Source of the DNA: a virus
Lineage: Duplodnaviria; Caudoviricetes
DNA length: 64,000 nt
Strand: one strand, 5' to 3'
IMG/VR virus record: IMGVR_UViG_3300012007_000014
Coordinates: 17,522 to 81,521 of that record
The notes below the pieces were generated by a model that saw nothing but the letters and a program-made list of their open reading frames with translations, was not told the DNA's origin and ran no database searches. Shown here one piece after another: positions 10,368-19,029 of this stretch. The first letter of the stretch is position 1. Every line of letters starts with the position of its first letter. A program made the translations under genes and the position numbers.

Positions 10368-10646
10368 TTAATCCTTCTGTGATTCTTCCCATCTTGTCTT
10401 AAATCTCTCCATCTTGTACTTTGCAATTGTGGGACTTGAATGGATTTCAAGTTCATTAGCACAGTTCACAATGTCGGTGTACTCCTCTATAATCGCATCA
10501 TGCATCTCGCTTGCTGTAACTGGAGTTGGATTCTCTCCTCTCTCAATCCGAGCCATTTTTAGTGCCGCTTTTGCAAGCTCCACACACTCTTCTGCCATCT
10601 GTTCATACATGGCAGGTTCTCCAATTTTGTCTTTCATGTAACCCAT
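10368..10646 (-). CDS. MazG-like NTP pyrophosphohydrolase
   Basis: EECVELAKA...IIEEYTDI (EExxE...EExxD). Confidence 0.65.
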   Translation of the reverse strand: MGYMKDKIGEPAMYEQMAEECVELAKAALKMARIERGENPTPVTASEMHDAIIEEYTDIVNCANELEIHSSPTIAKYKMERFKTRWEESQKD

Positions 10647-10705
10647 AATCTAATCCTCCTAAAATTTCTCTTGCTCCTGCATCCAGAGTAAATCCTCCGT
10701 TCTCT

Positions 10706-11119
10706 TTATAGCCCTAATTCCTCAAGAAAATACACATTACCTGTCTCCATGCCCTTATATATTGTCCCACTTTTGAAAAGAGGTAATACAACCTCTGGAC
10801 TATCATCAAGAATAATAACGATGCGCTGGTATACGCATCCTTCAGGGTTATCAAAGTTTACAAAATCCACTTTGCAAATAAAACTAACTTTGTCTCTGAA
10901 CGGCTTAATGACTGCACTCAAATACTTCTTTTCTGCATCGTTAAGGATCTGTTCTTGTTCATGCTCCTTATCAAGCCATCTTTTAAGCGAGGGAATGTAC
11001 TGTCCTCTTACTAAGATTTTGTCATTCAGAGAAATAACAGTATCGCCATTGCTGTCAAAGGAAAAGAGCAAATCACCAAACTTATACCCATTCTTAATCA
11101 TCCATTCTGCATTAGTCAT
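10706..11119 (-). CDS. Phage hypothetical protein, tandem copy B
   Basis: Paralog of 11116-11502 (MTNAEWMIKNGYKF...LEELGL). Confidence 0.75.
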   Translation of the reverse strand: MTNAEWMIKNGYKFGDLLFSFDSNGDTVISLNDKILVRGQYIPSLKRWLDKEHEQEQILNDAEKKYLSAVIKPFRDKVSFICKVDFVNFDNPEGCVYQRIVIILDDSPEVVLPLFKSGTIYKGMETGNVYFLEELGL

Positions 11120-11502
11120 AACCCTAACTCCTCAAGTGTGTATTCTTTGCCAAGTTCCATTCCTTTGTACATGGTATTGGATTTAAAATCCGGGAAAATC
11201 ATTTGGAAACCAATATTAATTACTATATATTCTCCTTTGCCATTCAATTTTGGATTTTTCGTAATACTTCGTACTCGATCTCTGAACGGCTTAATGACTG
11301 CGCTCAAATACTTCTTCTCTGCATCGTTAAGGATCTGTTCTTGTTCATGCTCTTTATCAAGCCATCCGAAAGGAACGTACCCTCCTCTTACTAAAATTTT
11401 GTTATACAGAGAAATGATAATATCTCCACTACTGCTGTCAAAGCAACAGCACAAATCACTGAACTTATACCCATTTTTAATCATCCATTCTGCATTAGTC
11501 AT
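11116..11502 (-). CDS. Phage hypothetical protein, tandem copy A
   Basis: Paralog of 10706-11119; ATGA-coupled. Confidence 0.75.
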   Translation of the reverse strand: MTNAEWMIKNGYKFSDLCCCFDSSSGDIIISLYNKILVRGGYVPFGWLDKEHEQEQILNDAEKKYLSAVIKPFRDRVRSITKNPKLNGKGEYIVINIGFQMIFPDFKSNTMYKGMELGKEYTLEELGL

Positions 11503-11526
11503 AACCTGAATTCCTCCAAAACATCA

Positions 11527-11776
11527 TTTCTGATTTATCTTTGCACCACAATTTGAGCATGCTACATTAGTGTATCCAATGTCCATGTACTCCTGGTTCA
11601 TTTTCAAGTAGAAACCGAATCTTTTCTTTTTCTTTCGTTGAGAAAAACGAACTATTTGCAATCTTATTCCATAATGAGTCTGCACGAATCCATTTAGATT
11701 CCATTGGTTTTGTCACATCAATCTTCTCTACCAATTGCATTTGCCATTCCTCCGTGACGTCAATCTTCGTTTTCAA
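11527..11776 (-). pseudogene. Probable frameshifted Zn-ribbon protein
   Basis: ...HGHWIH* in one frame continues as TNVACSNCGAKINQK* in another. Confidence 0.4.
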
Positions 11777-12089
11777 AGAGGGTTTTCACAAGGTCCAGCT
11801 TCTGCTTTTTACTCCACCGGTTTGCATTCCGGGCAATCAAATGCTGTGTGTAATTGTACTCAAGCTCCGGATCATTAGAATCCTTCTCATTCCCCAGCAG
11901 ATAATCCGTGGTGGTGTGCAGTGCCTTGGCAATATTGACGAGGATAGGACCCTTCGGTACCCGGTCGCCTTTGATATACCTGGATATAGACACCTCAGTG
12001 GTGCCGACCTGTTCAGCAAGCTCTTTTTGAGTTTTGCCTTGTTCCCTCAGTAATCCGGCGATTCTCTCTCCAATAATGTTCTGTGCCAT
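11760..12089 (-). CDS. XRE-family HTH regulator
   Basis: LLREQGKTQKELAEQVGTTEVSISRYIKGDRVP...TTTDYLLG. Confidence 0.9.
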   Translation of the reverse strand: MAQNIIGERIAGLLREQGKTQKELAEQVGTTEVSISRYIKGDRVPKGPILVNIAKALHTTTDYLLGNEKDSNDPELEYNYTQHLIARNANRWSKKQKLDLVKTLFENED

Positions 12090-12139
12090 GTTTTGTTCCT
12101 CTTTTTCATTAAAATTCATTATTTTTATCTCCATTTTAT

Positions 12140-12976
12140 TCAATGTGTACGTACTTCTGGTTCAATATTATTGTTTTTAGACTCAGATGTCTTTCCTTTC
12201 TTGGCATCCTTAACTGCCTTATCTATAAGGTAATCCAGAACAAGTCTCTGCTTTTCATTAAGTGTGTCAATAACGTCCAGAATAGTTTCCTCACCCTCAA
12301 CTACCTTACCTACAATGTAATACAGAACAAATCTCTGCTTTTCATTGAATGTGTCAAAAACGTCCTGAACAGTTTCCTCATTCTCAGGAGCACTCTTCTT
12401 AGTAGTATTCTGAGTCATCGTATCATCATTTCTCATTGAGATCTTAAAAACAGGACGAACCCCGAAGGCACTCGAGGCGGCCCAGCCGTCGACAGCACCG
12501 CGACTGCTGACAACGCAGAAATACGTCGAGGACGCCTTCTCCTTGTTCTGGAGCCATCCCCATTCATACTTGCCTCGCCGCGAAGCTAATCGATTGCGTC
12601 GGTCCTGCATAAGCGGCCACTGCTCATGACCGTCCGGCTCGTACCATTCTGGTAGCTTATCGCCGAACATTTCACCCGCAAAAGGAATGCGGAGTAGATC
12701 ACCATTTTCAAACGGAACCATACGATAACGAATGCCTTTAAAAACATCGATGGCCTCATTACTTTGTAATCTTTTCCGTAAATCGCTTTCCAGGTATCCT
12801 CCATTGTTAATGTCCACCGCATTCATTTCCATTGGCTTATCAAGGTATTGATCTAAGAGAAATATTGCTGCAATCTGCGTAATTTCCTGGCAAGTAGCTG
12901 TATAATGACCAACATGAATCTGGTCGCCGATTTTAAAGCAGTTTGTCTCTGTTTCTATAACACGATTCACTTTCAT
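12140..12976 (-). CDS. C-type-lectin-fold (DUF6273-like) protein with two C-terminal capsid-scaffold-like repeats
   Basis: GGYLESDLRK, WGWLQ...FCVVSSRG...ASSAFGVRPVF typical of DGR targets; ETVxDVxDTxNEKQ twice. Confidence 0.7.
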   Translation of the reverse strand: MKVNRVIETETNCFKIGDQIHVGHYTATCQEITQIAAIFLLDQYLDKPMEMNAVDINNGGYLESDLRKRLQSNEAIDVFKGIRYRMVPFENGDLLRIPFAGEMFGDKLPEWYEPDGHEQWPLMQDRRNRLASRRGKYEWGWLQNKEKASSTYFCVVSSRGAVDGWAASSAFGVRPVFKISMRNDDTMTQNTTKKSAPENEETVQDVFDTFNEKQRFVLYYIVGKVVEGEETILDVIDTLNEKQRLVLDYLIDKAVKDAKKGKTSESKNNNIEPEVRTH

Positions 12977-12979
12977 TTC

Positions 12980-13231
12980 TTATTCCTTCACTACTACATT
13001 ATCTACGATCTTAAGAACATTCAAATGCCACTCGTTTTCATTTCCAATGTGAAGTAAATCATAGTACATCTCATCAGAAAGTGTTGAAGCAAGTAGATAC
13101 CTCAGATGTTTATTTAATAGTCTTTTATGCACTATATATACCGTAAAATCTGGAATCGGATCAGACTTATCTGTATGTTCTATAATGTAATTCCTTACGA
13201 TCTCAACCGCCATTTCATCTTTTCTATTCAT
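12980..13231 (-). CDS. DUF6275-like protein (degenerate paralog of 55393-55644)
   Basis: IVRNYIIEHTDKSDP.PDFTVY...LLASTL...MYY. Confidence 0.65.
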   Translation of the reverse strand: MNRKDEMAVEIVRNYIIEHTDKSDPIPDFTVYIVHKRLLNKHLRYLLASTLSDEMYYDLLHIGNENEWHLNVLKIVDNVVVKE

Positions 13232-13304
13232 TTATCCTTCTCCATCGAAATCATGAAAATAACCAAGCCGATCGCTGTCAAAAGGTCGACTAGTATTTTC
13301 ATGA

Positions 13305-13613
13305 CTAGTCCTCCTCTGTGTTGTCTTCGTCGATGTAATCATCGTCCTGAGGCGCGTCGTCCGGGTAACCATAACGCTCTCCGAGGATGTTGACAGCGAC
13401 ATCGATTGCCCGCTTGTCCTCTCGTCCTTCTCTGACAAAGAACGCGTAGGCACTGAGGTCGTAGTCGTGGGAGAACCCACCATCGGCGATTCTCTTCACG
13501 AGGCCGTTGCTTATTTGAGCCGATTTTTCGCAATAATCCACGATCTCGCCGAGCGTGATTGTGTCATTTCTGTGTTCGGTGATCCATTCCGGGATCGGTT
13601 TTCCAAAATACAT
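13305..13613 (-). CDS. Hypothetical protein in GC-rich block
   Basis: 102-aa ORF, GGAG RBS, acidic tail. Confidence 0.6.
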   Translation of the reverse strand: MYFGKPIPEWITEHRNDTITLGEIVDYCEKSAQISNGLVKRIADGGFSHDYDLSAYAFFVREGREDKRAIDVAVNILGERYGYPDDAPQDDDYIDEDNTEED

Positions 13614-13895
13614 ATCTATGTCTCCTTATTTTGTCTGCTTTATAAAGATTCTCTGCCGGCCATAGTCGGCGATATATGCCAATTTCCCAGACCTCGTCCA
13701 CCCGAGCCGCATAAGCGCTGCAACAAGTACCTCAGATGAAATCATATTTTTAATTCTCTTTTATTTTTTATTGTATCATAGGAAATTTATAAGGTAAATA
13801 TATTTTGAATATCATAAAACCGCTCTTTTGAGTATTTCTATAAAATTTTTACTGAATTAAAGACGCTTTTACAATCACTGAATTAAAGTGTTATT

Positions 13896-14426
13896 TTAAG
13901 TTATAACACCATCCTTTATACACTGTTCTGCACGGCACAAGAAATTATAATAGTATCCGCAATATTTACACTTGTCTGGAATCTGGAAATTACTCAGTGG
14001 GTCTTGCTTTTTAATGATATGCTCTCCTGTTTCCGTGCCATGCCAGTGAAGATTCCCAGCCGTATCTTCATATTTTGCAAATACTTCTTCCATAAACAGC
14101 ACTCCATCCTTTCTCATTGAGATCAGAAAAATCGGCCGAAACCTAGAAATCTCCGAGTTATCCCAGCCGCAGCCATATGGGATCTTGAGCATATCTCCAT
14201 CTTTAAATGAAACCATCTGATCACGGATATCTGCAAAGTCATTTAGCACCTCTTCACTTTGCAATGCCTCTCGCAAACAACTATTTTCAGTAATATATTG
14301 ATCTAAGAGAAATAGTGCGGCTCTTGATGAGATATTCTGGCACGTCGCTGTATATTTACCAACGTGAATCCGGTCATCAACATGAATATCATTTGTTTCG
14401 ATCTCCATCATTCTTTCGACTTTCAT
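13896..14426 (-). CDS. Internally deleted paralog of 12140-12976
   Basis: MKVERMMEIETNDIHVDDRIHVGKYTATCQ...FLLDQY...RPIFLISMRKD; lacks the VR-like segment. Confidence 0.65.
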   Translation of the reverse strand: MKVERMMEIETNDIHVDDRIHVGKYTATCQNISSRAALFLLDQYITENSCLREALQSEEVLNDFADIRDQMVSFKDGDMLKIPYGCGWDNSEISRFRPIFLISMRKDGVLFMEEVFAKYEDTAGNLHWHGTETGEHIIKKQDPLSNFQIPDKCKYCGYYYNFLCRAEQCIKDGVIT

Positions 14427-14492
14427 AATCAATCCTCCATTAATGAAAAAATATGGACCTTGAAATTCCAAAGCCCATACTTTTTGTTTCAC

Positions 14493-14669
14493 TTACTGAA
14501 AACTCAATCCATCAGCAGTCGTATATGTGTATTCAACCTGTTCGGTATGAGTAGACGTATTAAGTGTTAAGTGACCAGTACCGATCAATACTCCTGTAAC
14601 GAGTAATGCTCCAACCAGAACACCTACAACAAAACTTCTAAACATACTTCTCTTCGTATACACTTTCAT
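14493..14669 (-). CDS. Small membrane protein
   Basis: Single TM; GGAGG RBS; promoter motif upstream. Confidence 0.55.
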   Translation of the reverse strand: MKVYTKRSMFRSFVVGVLVGALLVTGVLIGTGHLTLNTSTHTEQVEYTYTTADGLSFQ

Positions 14670-14707
14670 AACATACCTCCTTAAATAAAGTTTAGTTTTA
14701 GTTACTC

Positions 14708-14736
14708 CTTCATTGAAAGACATGTTATTTTCGCGA
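14708..14736 (-). promoter_or_regulatory. Phage promoter motif copy
   Basis: ATCGCGAAAATAACATGTCTTTCAATGAAG fits CG-N9-CA-N9-ATG consensus. Confidence 0.6.
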
Positions 14737-14739
14737 TGT

Positions 14740-15396
14740 TTACTCTCCTGTAATCAAATCATGCATAGGAAGAGTTTCAATCCAGTCACAGAACTGATGC
14801 CATTCTGTAAGCTTATGATTCTTTCTTTGCTGATAAATTGTAGAAAGAACCTGATAATTCATTGTCATTGTGGATTTTTGATTGTATGACGATGGAATGT
14901 ATGCAATTAGAAAATTCCAGATCTCTTTCTTACGCACAGGATCTTTCTCTTTTACATACTGTTCTCTACAAACATTTAAAATATCAATAGTATTTATAAA
15001 CGCTTGATCAAAGCGAGGATAATTGTTATTGAAAGGATAATAATTATTAAAAGGATAAGAGAAGTCCTCAAATGTAAACTCTTTACTAGTAATCTTGTGC
15101 ATGGTAGAGCAAGAGTTTCTGACTGTTCCAATTTTGTAGGTGTCCATTTCTTTCCACCAATAAAGAGGTGCAGAAATGTCAAATATCACAGGAATCATCC
15201 TCATAAACTTGGCATGAGAAGGCCCTGCTTTTACGAGTTTCTTTGCAAGCTCATAATCATTTGGTCCAAATATAAAATCTTCAGTATCGGTGGTGGTATC
15301 CATTTTGTCCCAACTGTTGTAGGAGTTTCTCATCCCCCTTGCAACAGAAACTAACCACTCTTTTGATGGAAGAACGACATTGCAAACAGTTAACAT
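14740..15396 (-). CDS. ThyX-like flavoprotein, non-canonical
   Basis: SHAKFMR..PV.FDISAP....EMDTYKIGTVRNSCSTMH aligns to ThyX core but lacks RHRxxS. Confidence 0.55.
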   Translation of the reverse strand: MLTVCNVVLPSKEWLVSVARGMRNSYNSWDKMDTTTDTEDFIFGPNDYELAKKLVKAGPSHAKFMRMIPVIFDISAPLYWWKEMDTYKIGTVRNSCSTMHKITSKEFTFEDFSYPFNNYYPFNNNYPRFDQAFINTIDILNVCREQYVKEKDPVRKKEIWNFLIAYIPSSYNQKSTMTMNYQVLSTIYQQRKNHKLTEWHQFCDWIETLPMHDLITGE

Positions 15397-15426
15397 AATA
15401 ATTACCTCCTATAAAATATAAATAAA

Positions 15427-15747
15427 CTACTTATTCTTTTTTAAAGGCTTTTCAAGATCAGTGATTCTTGCTTTTAGTTGCTCGATCTCCCTGTACTTTC
15501 CCTTTATCTTCTCTTTAAGAAGAGCAATCTCAAGAGCTTTTGGATCTTCTGGAAGAAGGTAATCAGTAGTAGTGTGAAGTGCATCCGCAAGTACATAGAG
15601 TACGGGATACGACGGTACTAATCCTTTATGTTCAATAAGACTAATCCATCCTTGAGATACTCCAATCTTTTTGGCTAATTGTACTTGAGTATAATTGTTA
15701 GACTTTCTTAATAACTTAACTCTATTGGCAAAAACAAGATTTGTCAT
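15427..15747 (-). CDS. XRE-family HTH regulator with coiled-coil tail
   Basis: LLRKSNNYTQVQLAKKIGVSQGWISLIE...TTTDYLL. Confidence 0.88.
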   Translation of the reverse strand: MTNLVFANRVKLLRKSNNYTQVQLAKKIGVSQGWISLIEHKGLVPSYPVLYVLADALHTTTDYLLPEDPKALEIALLKEKIKGKYREIEQLKARITDLEKPLKKNK

Positions 15748-15783
15748 CTGATTTACCTTTCATAACAAAAATATAAAAATTAT

Positions 15784-16437
15784 TTAATCATTCTTCTCAA
15801 GAGTAGATAGTTTACTTTCCATCTCTTCAATCTCTTTATACTTGTTCTCAATTTCTTCCTTTAACCACTCTTTCTCGTGATCTTCAAAGAGATAAGAAGG
15901 AGAGATCTTATAGTGTTTGCAGATTTCGGAGATTGAATAGAGGCTCGTTTTTGGAGTTACAAAGAACTGATCACCAGTGACCTTAAACAAATGATCAAGG
16001 TTCTTCTGTACCAGTTCCAAAACTTTCTTGCAATCAGGATCGTCTGGAATATCATCCTTCTTTGGAGACTCAGGAATAAGAGAATGATCAATTAATTCCT
16101 GAGTTTTTGTATCCGGACCATCATCAGATTTGAACCCTGGAATATTTCCATAAATACGATGATCTTCATCTGGATCAAATGGAGAATACACAGTTACTTC
16201 TGTAGGTTTTGTGATGGACACTTGAGATTCCTCTCCAAGCAAATACTTAACACTAACATTAAGAACTTCCGATATTTTCTCTCTCATACTGGAGTCAGGA
16301 TAATATTTTCCGTTTTCAACAAGAGAAACATAAGACTGTGTTTTTCCGATCTTATGTGCAAACGCCATCTGAGAAAATTGCAGATACTCCCTCTGAGATC
16401 TCACACGGTTTCCAAAATCAACTGCTATACTATTCAT
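15784..16437 (-). CDS. XRE-family HTH regulator (two HTH-like units)
   Basis: REYLQFSQMAFAHKIGKTQSYVSLVENGKYYP; second degenerate unit ICKHYKISPSYLF; tail like 15427-15747. Confidence 0.85.
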   Translation of the reverse strand: MNSIAVDFGNRVRSQREYLQFSQMAFAHKIGKTQSYVSLVENGKYYPDSSMREKISEVLNVSVKYLLGEESQVSITKPTEVTVYSPFDPDEDHRIYGNIPGFKSDDGPDTKTQELIDHSLIPESPKKDDIPDDPDCKKVLELVQKNLDHLFKVTGDQFFVTPKTSLYSISEICKHYKISPSYLFEDHEKEWLKEEIENKYKEIEEMESKLSTLEKND

Positions 16438-16622
16438 AATAAACTCCTTTCATAATAAACAAATATCAATTTCTTTTAAGACAAGCAAACCTTTCACCAA
16501 CTGGAGTAACAATGTATTCAATAATTGAATCAGAATTCTTTAGACGATCAAGTTCTTCTATGTCGTTTCTATCTGACAGGTCGAAGCATAAATATCCATT
16601 GGATTTGAAGTAGAAACTCCAA

Positions 16623-16799
16623 TTAGGACTTCTTTTTCCATCCATGAATTCTCCTTAAAGACTCATCAATTTTAAAAGATTCTTTGCGTCTTTTATCAAT
16701 TGCTTCCATTGCTTCTTTCCAAGAAATATAATGATTGCAGTTCTGGTGGCACCCAACTTTGCGATCATTACAAGTTCTACATGGACATTCATCACTCAT
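16623..16799 (-). CDS. Small Cys-rich protein
   Basis: CPCRTC...GCHQNC; truncated copy at 18185-18277. Confidence 0.6.
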   Translation of the reverse strand: MSDECPCRTCNDRKVGCHQNCNHYISWKEAMEAIDKRRKESFKIDESLRRIHGWKKKS

Positions 16800-17676
16800 T
16801 TGCAGTATCCTCCATGTATGCATTCACAAATGCTTCAATTCTATCATAGTAAATGGTTTTCTTCATACTATTAAAATCAGTAGATATATCGACAGATCCT
16901 AAGAGATAAGTTTTGCCAAGCCATTCTACATAGATGCCTATACTTTCTCCATCGGAATTTACGATATGAGAAGTGTCGCAAATATCTCTTCCAACAAGCT
17001 TGTTGACTTTGTCAATATATACTTGGCGGTCGATTGCAACGTTATCAGCCCCGTCATAAACAAATGTCATTACAATAAAAGTAAGTCCATTTTTTAAGAC
17101 TAATTCGGACTCTTTGTTCATGTACTTATCCACAATTTCATTAATTTCGTCATAATGTACTTCTCTTTTCTCGCCACAAGCAGATCCTAAGGTATAACGC
17201 TTGCTGTCGTACACAATATAAATTTCTTTTCTCTCTCCATTTAGAAATGGAGCATGGAAGGTGTCACATAAATCCTTTCCACCAAAAAGTTTGTTAACTC
17301 TATCGACATATGATTGAAGATTATTGAAATAGGAGTATTGATTCTTACAAAGGAATTTACCACTTATGGAAGTGTCATTAACAAACTCCCTTGCAATTTT
17401 ATTAAGTGCATATCTTAAGAGTGCTTTGGAATCTTTGTTTTTGTTAAATTGATCTTTTGCATATGCATCTTCTTGTAAGAGCCATTCTCCAATGATTACT
17501 GGAACTACAGGAAAATCTTTTTTGTCAAAAGAACGATAAGACCCTATTCGTTTATTGGTCTTTTTGTTTAAGACTCCCCAAGTGTAAACTTTATCAGCTT
17601 CTGAATAGTCTTCAATTTTTGCAGTGAGATCCTTAAACTCAAGTCCTAAACTTTTTACATATTCAGCGTTATTCAT
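16792..17676 (-). CDS. Hypothetical protein with internal repeat
   Basis: Y.DRVNKL.G..D.CDT...Y.LGS motif occurs twice. Confidence 0.65.
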   Translation of the reverse strand: MNNAEYVKSLGLEFKDLTAKIEDYSEADKVYTWGVLNKKTNKRIGSYRSFDKKDFPVVPVIIGEWLLQEDAYAKDQFNKNKDSKALLRYALNKIAREFVNDTSISGKFLCKNQYSYFNNLQSYVDRVNKLFGGKDLCDTFHAPFLNGERKEIYIVYDSKRYTLGSACGEKREVHYDEINEIVDKYMNKESELVLKNGLTFIVMTFVYDGADNVAIDRQVYIDKVNKLVGRDICDTSHIVNSDGESIGIYVEWLGKTYLLGSVDISTDFNSMKKTIYYDRIEAFVNAYMEDTANE

Positions 17677-17803
17677 AATATTCTCCTTTCTCCAAATTCA
17701 ATTGTCATTGTAGATTCTTGAAGAGGTTTAATTTTAATAGTATCTTTATTTGGACCTTTAGGCTCTATAGTAACCACAGCGTCTTTTACAACCAGTTCCA
17801 TTA

Positions 17804-17992
17804 TTACTTCCCTTTAATTATCATTTCAAATATTCCCATTGGGACTACAACTGGCCAAAATAATCCCATTATTGTGTATCTTAAAAATGAATACCAGAAC
17901 TCTTTAATAGAAAGGTTTCTTTGATACTCAATTTCAAATAAGCATCCCTCCCAGCAAATGTATCCGCCAAGCCAAAACATGAAAAGTATCAT
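17804..17992 (-). CDS. Small membrane protein, WPVVVP family
   Basis: Paralog of 18278-18508. Confidence 0.6.
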   Translation of the reverse strand: MILFMFWLGGYICWEGCLFEIEYQRNLSIKEFWYSFLRYTIMGLFWPVVVPMGIFEMIIKGK

Positions 17993-18184
17993 ACTAATTA
18001 CTCTCCTTTCAAATATAAAAAAAAAGACAAAGAGTCTAAGAAATTCCTTTCTTTATGGCTCTTTGATAGAAATGATTTAGATGTGATATAGATATGACTG
18101 CCGTCTATATCGGTCAACCTCCTTTCTATCTAAATGGTTGAAATTTTTGCGAGATCCACAAATATCCCATCTGTAAAAGTTTTG

Positions 18185-18277
18185 TTATGCTTCCTTCCAG
18201 GTGCCATAATGGGAGCAAGTTGTATGACACCCAACTTTGCGATCATTACAAGTTCTGCATGGACACTCTTCACTCAT
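18185..18277 (-). pseudogene. Truncated copy of Cys-rich microprotein
   Basis: MSEECPCRTCNDRKVGCHTTCSHYGTWKEA*; DNA nearly identical to 16750-16800. Confidence 0.5.
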
Positions 18278-18508
18278 TTACTTATATGCCCTCCATCTAT
18301 TATCTTTATTTGTGTCTTTCTTTGGATCACGAAAACATACATAATAAATTCCAATTGGCACTACAACAGGCCACAATAGAGAAGAAATTATTACAAGCCG
18401 CATACTATTCCACAATTCTTTAACACTATTGCTTCTTTGAAATTCTGTCGTAAATGTACTAAATAAGGATACGACAAGTCCACCTAAATAAAATGCTAAA
18501 ATTATCAT
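18278..18508 (-). CDS. Small membrane protein, WPVVVP family
   Basis: Paralog of 17804-17992. Confidence 0.6.
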   Translation of the reverse strand: MIILAFYLGGLVVSLFSTFTTEFQRSNSVKELWNSMRLVIISSLLWPVVVPIGIYYVCFRDPKKDTNKDNRWRAYK

Positions 18509-18515
18509 AATCGAA

Positions 18516-18722
18516 TCATCCTTTCAATTTAAGATCATCTAAAAGACTTAAGTACATTGCCTTCTGCATTTTTGGGTCACCATTGTAATAATTCCATCCC
18601 GAGGGATATCTTGGAAGACCCACAAGCTCTCTATACTTTCTATATGCAGAAATAATGTCTGCATCATTTGAACTTTTATAAATTGTGTGAAGGCATACGG
18701 AAATATCTTGTTCTTTCATCAC
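18516..18722 (-). CDS. Hypothetical protein
   Basis: 68-aa ORF coupled to neighbour. Confidence 0.5.
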   Translation of the reverse strand: MMKEQDISVCLHTIYKSSNDADIISAYRKYRELVGLPRYPSGWNYYNGDPKMQKAMYLSLLDDLKLKG

Positions 18723-19006
18723 ATCAACCCCAGAATCTCTTCAATTGTCTTATTGCGAAGTTTATAGGCTTCATCAATGACGATGGACCGAAGAGCCGTT
18801 GCATTGGCCCTTTCTTTCATTGTAGAGCCATCATAACTTAATACGTCTTCACACATATCATATACAATATTCAGCTCCTCATTGTACTTATTATAGTTGT
18901 TCTCAAGATCGCTCATCTCTAGTGCCCTTCTTAAGGTCTTCTTCTCTTTTGCAGAGTCATCACATAAATTAAAAATAAAATTCAAATTGGTATCATTCAT
19001 ATACAA
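18719..19006 (-). CDS. Hypothetical protein
   Basis: 95-aa ORF, GGAGG RBS. Confidence 0.6.
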   Translation of the reverse strand: MYMNDTNLNFIFNLCDDSAKEKKTLRRALEMSDLENNYNKYNEELNIVYDMCEDVLSYDGSTMKERANATALRSIVIDEAYKLRNKTIEEILGLM

Positions 19007-19029
19007 GACCTCCTTAAAGCCTTAATAAA

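Noticed and set aside
12450-12570. Second target of the resident DGR TR
   Set aside because: Mismatches to TR 44070-44159 include many non-adenine positions and a length difference
13849-13878. ACTGAATTAAAG direct repeat as operator or iteron
   Set aside because: Only two copies in AT-rich DNA; insufficient support
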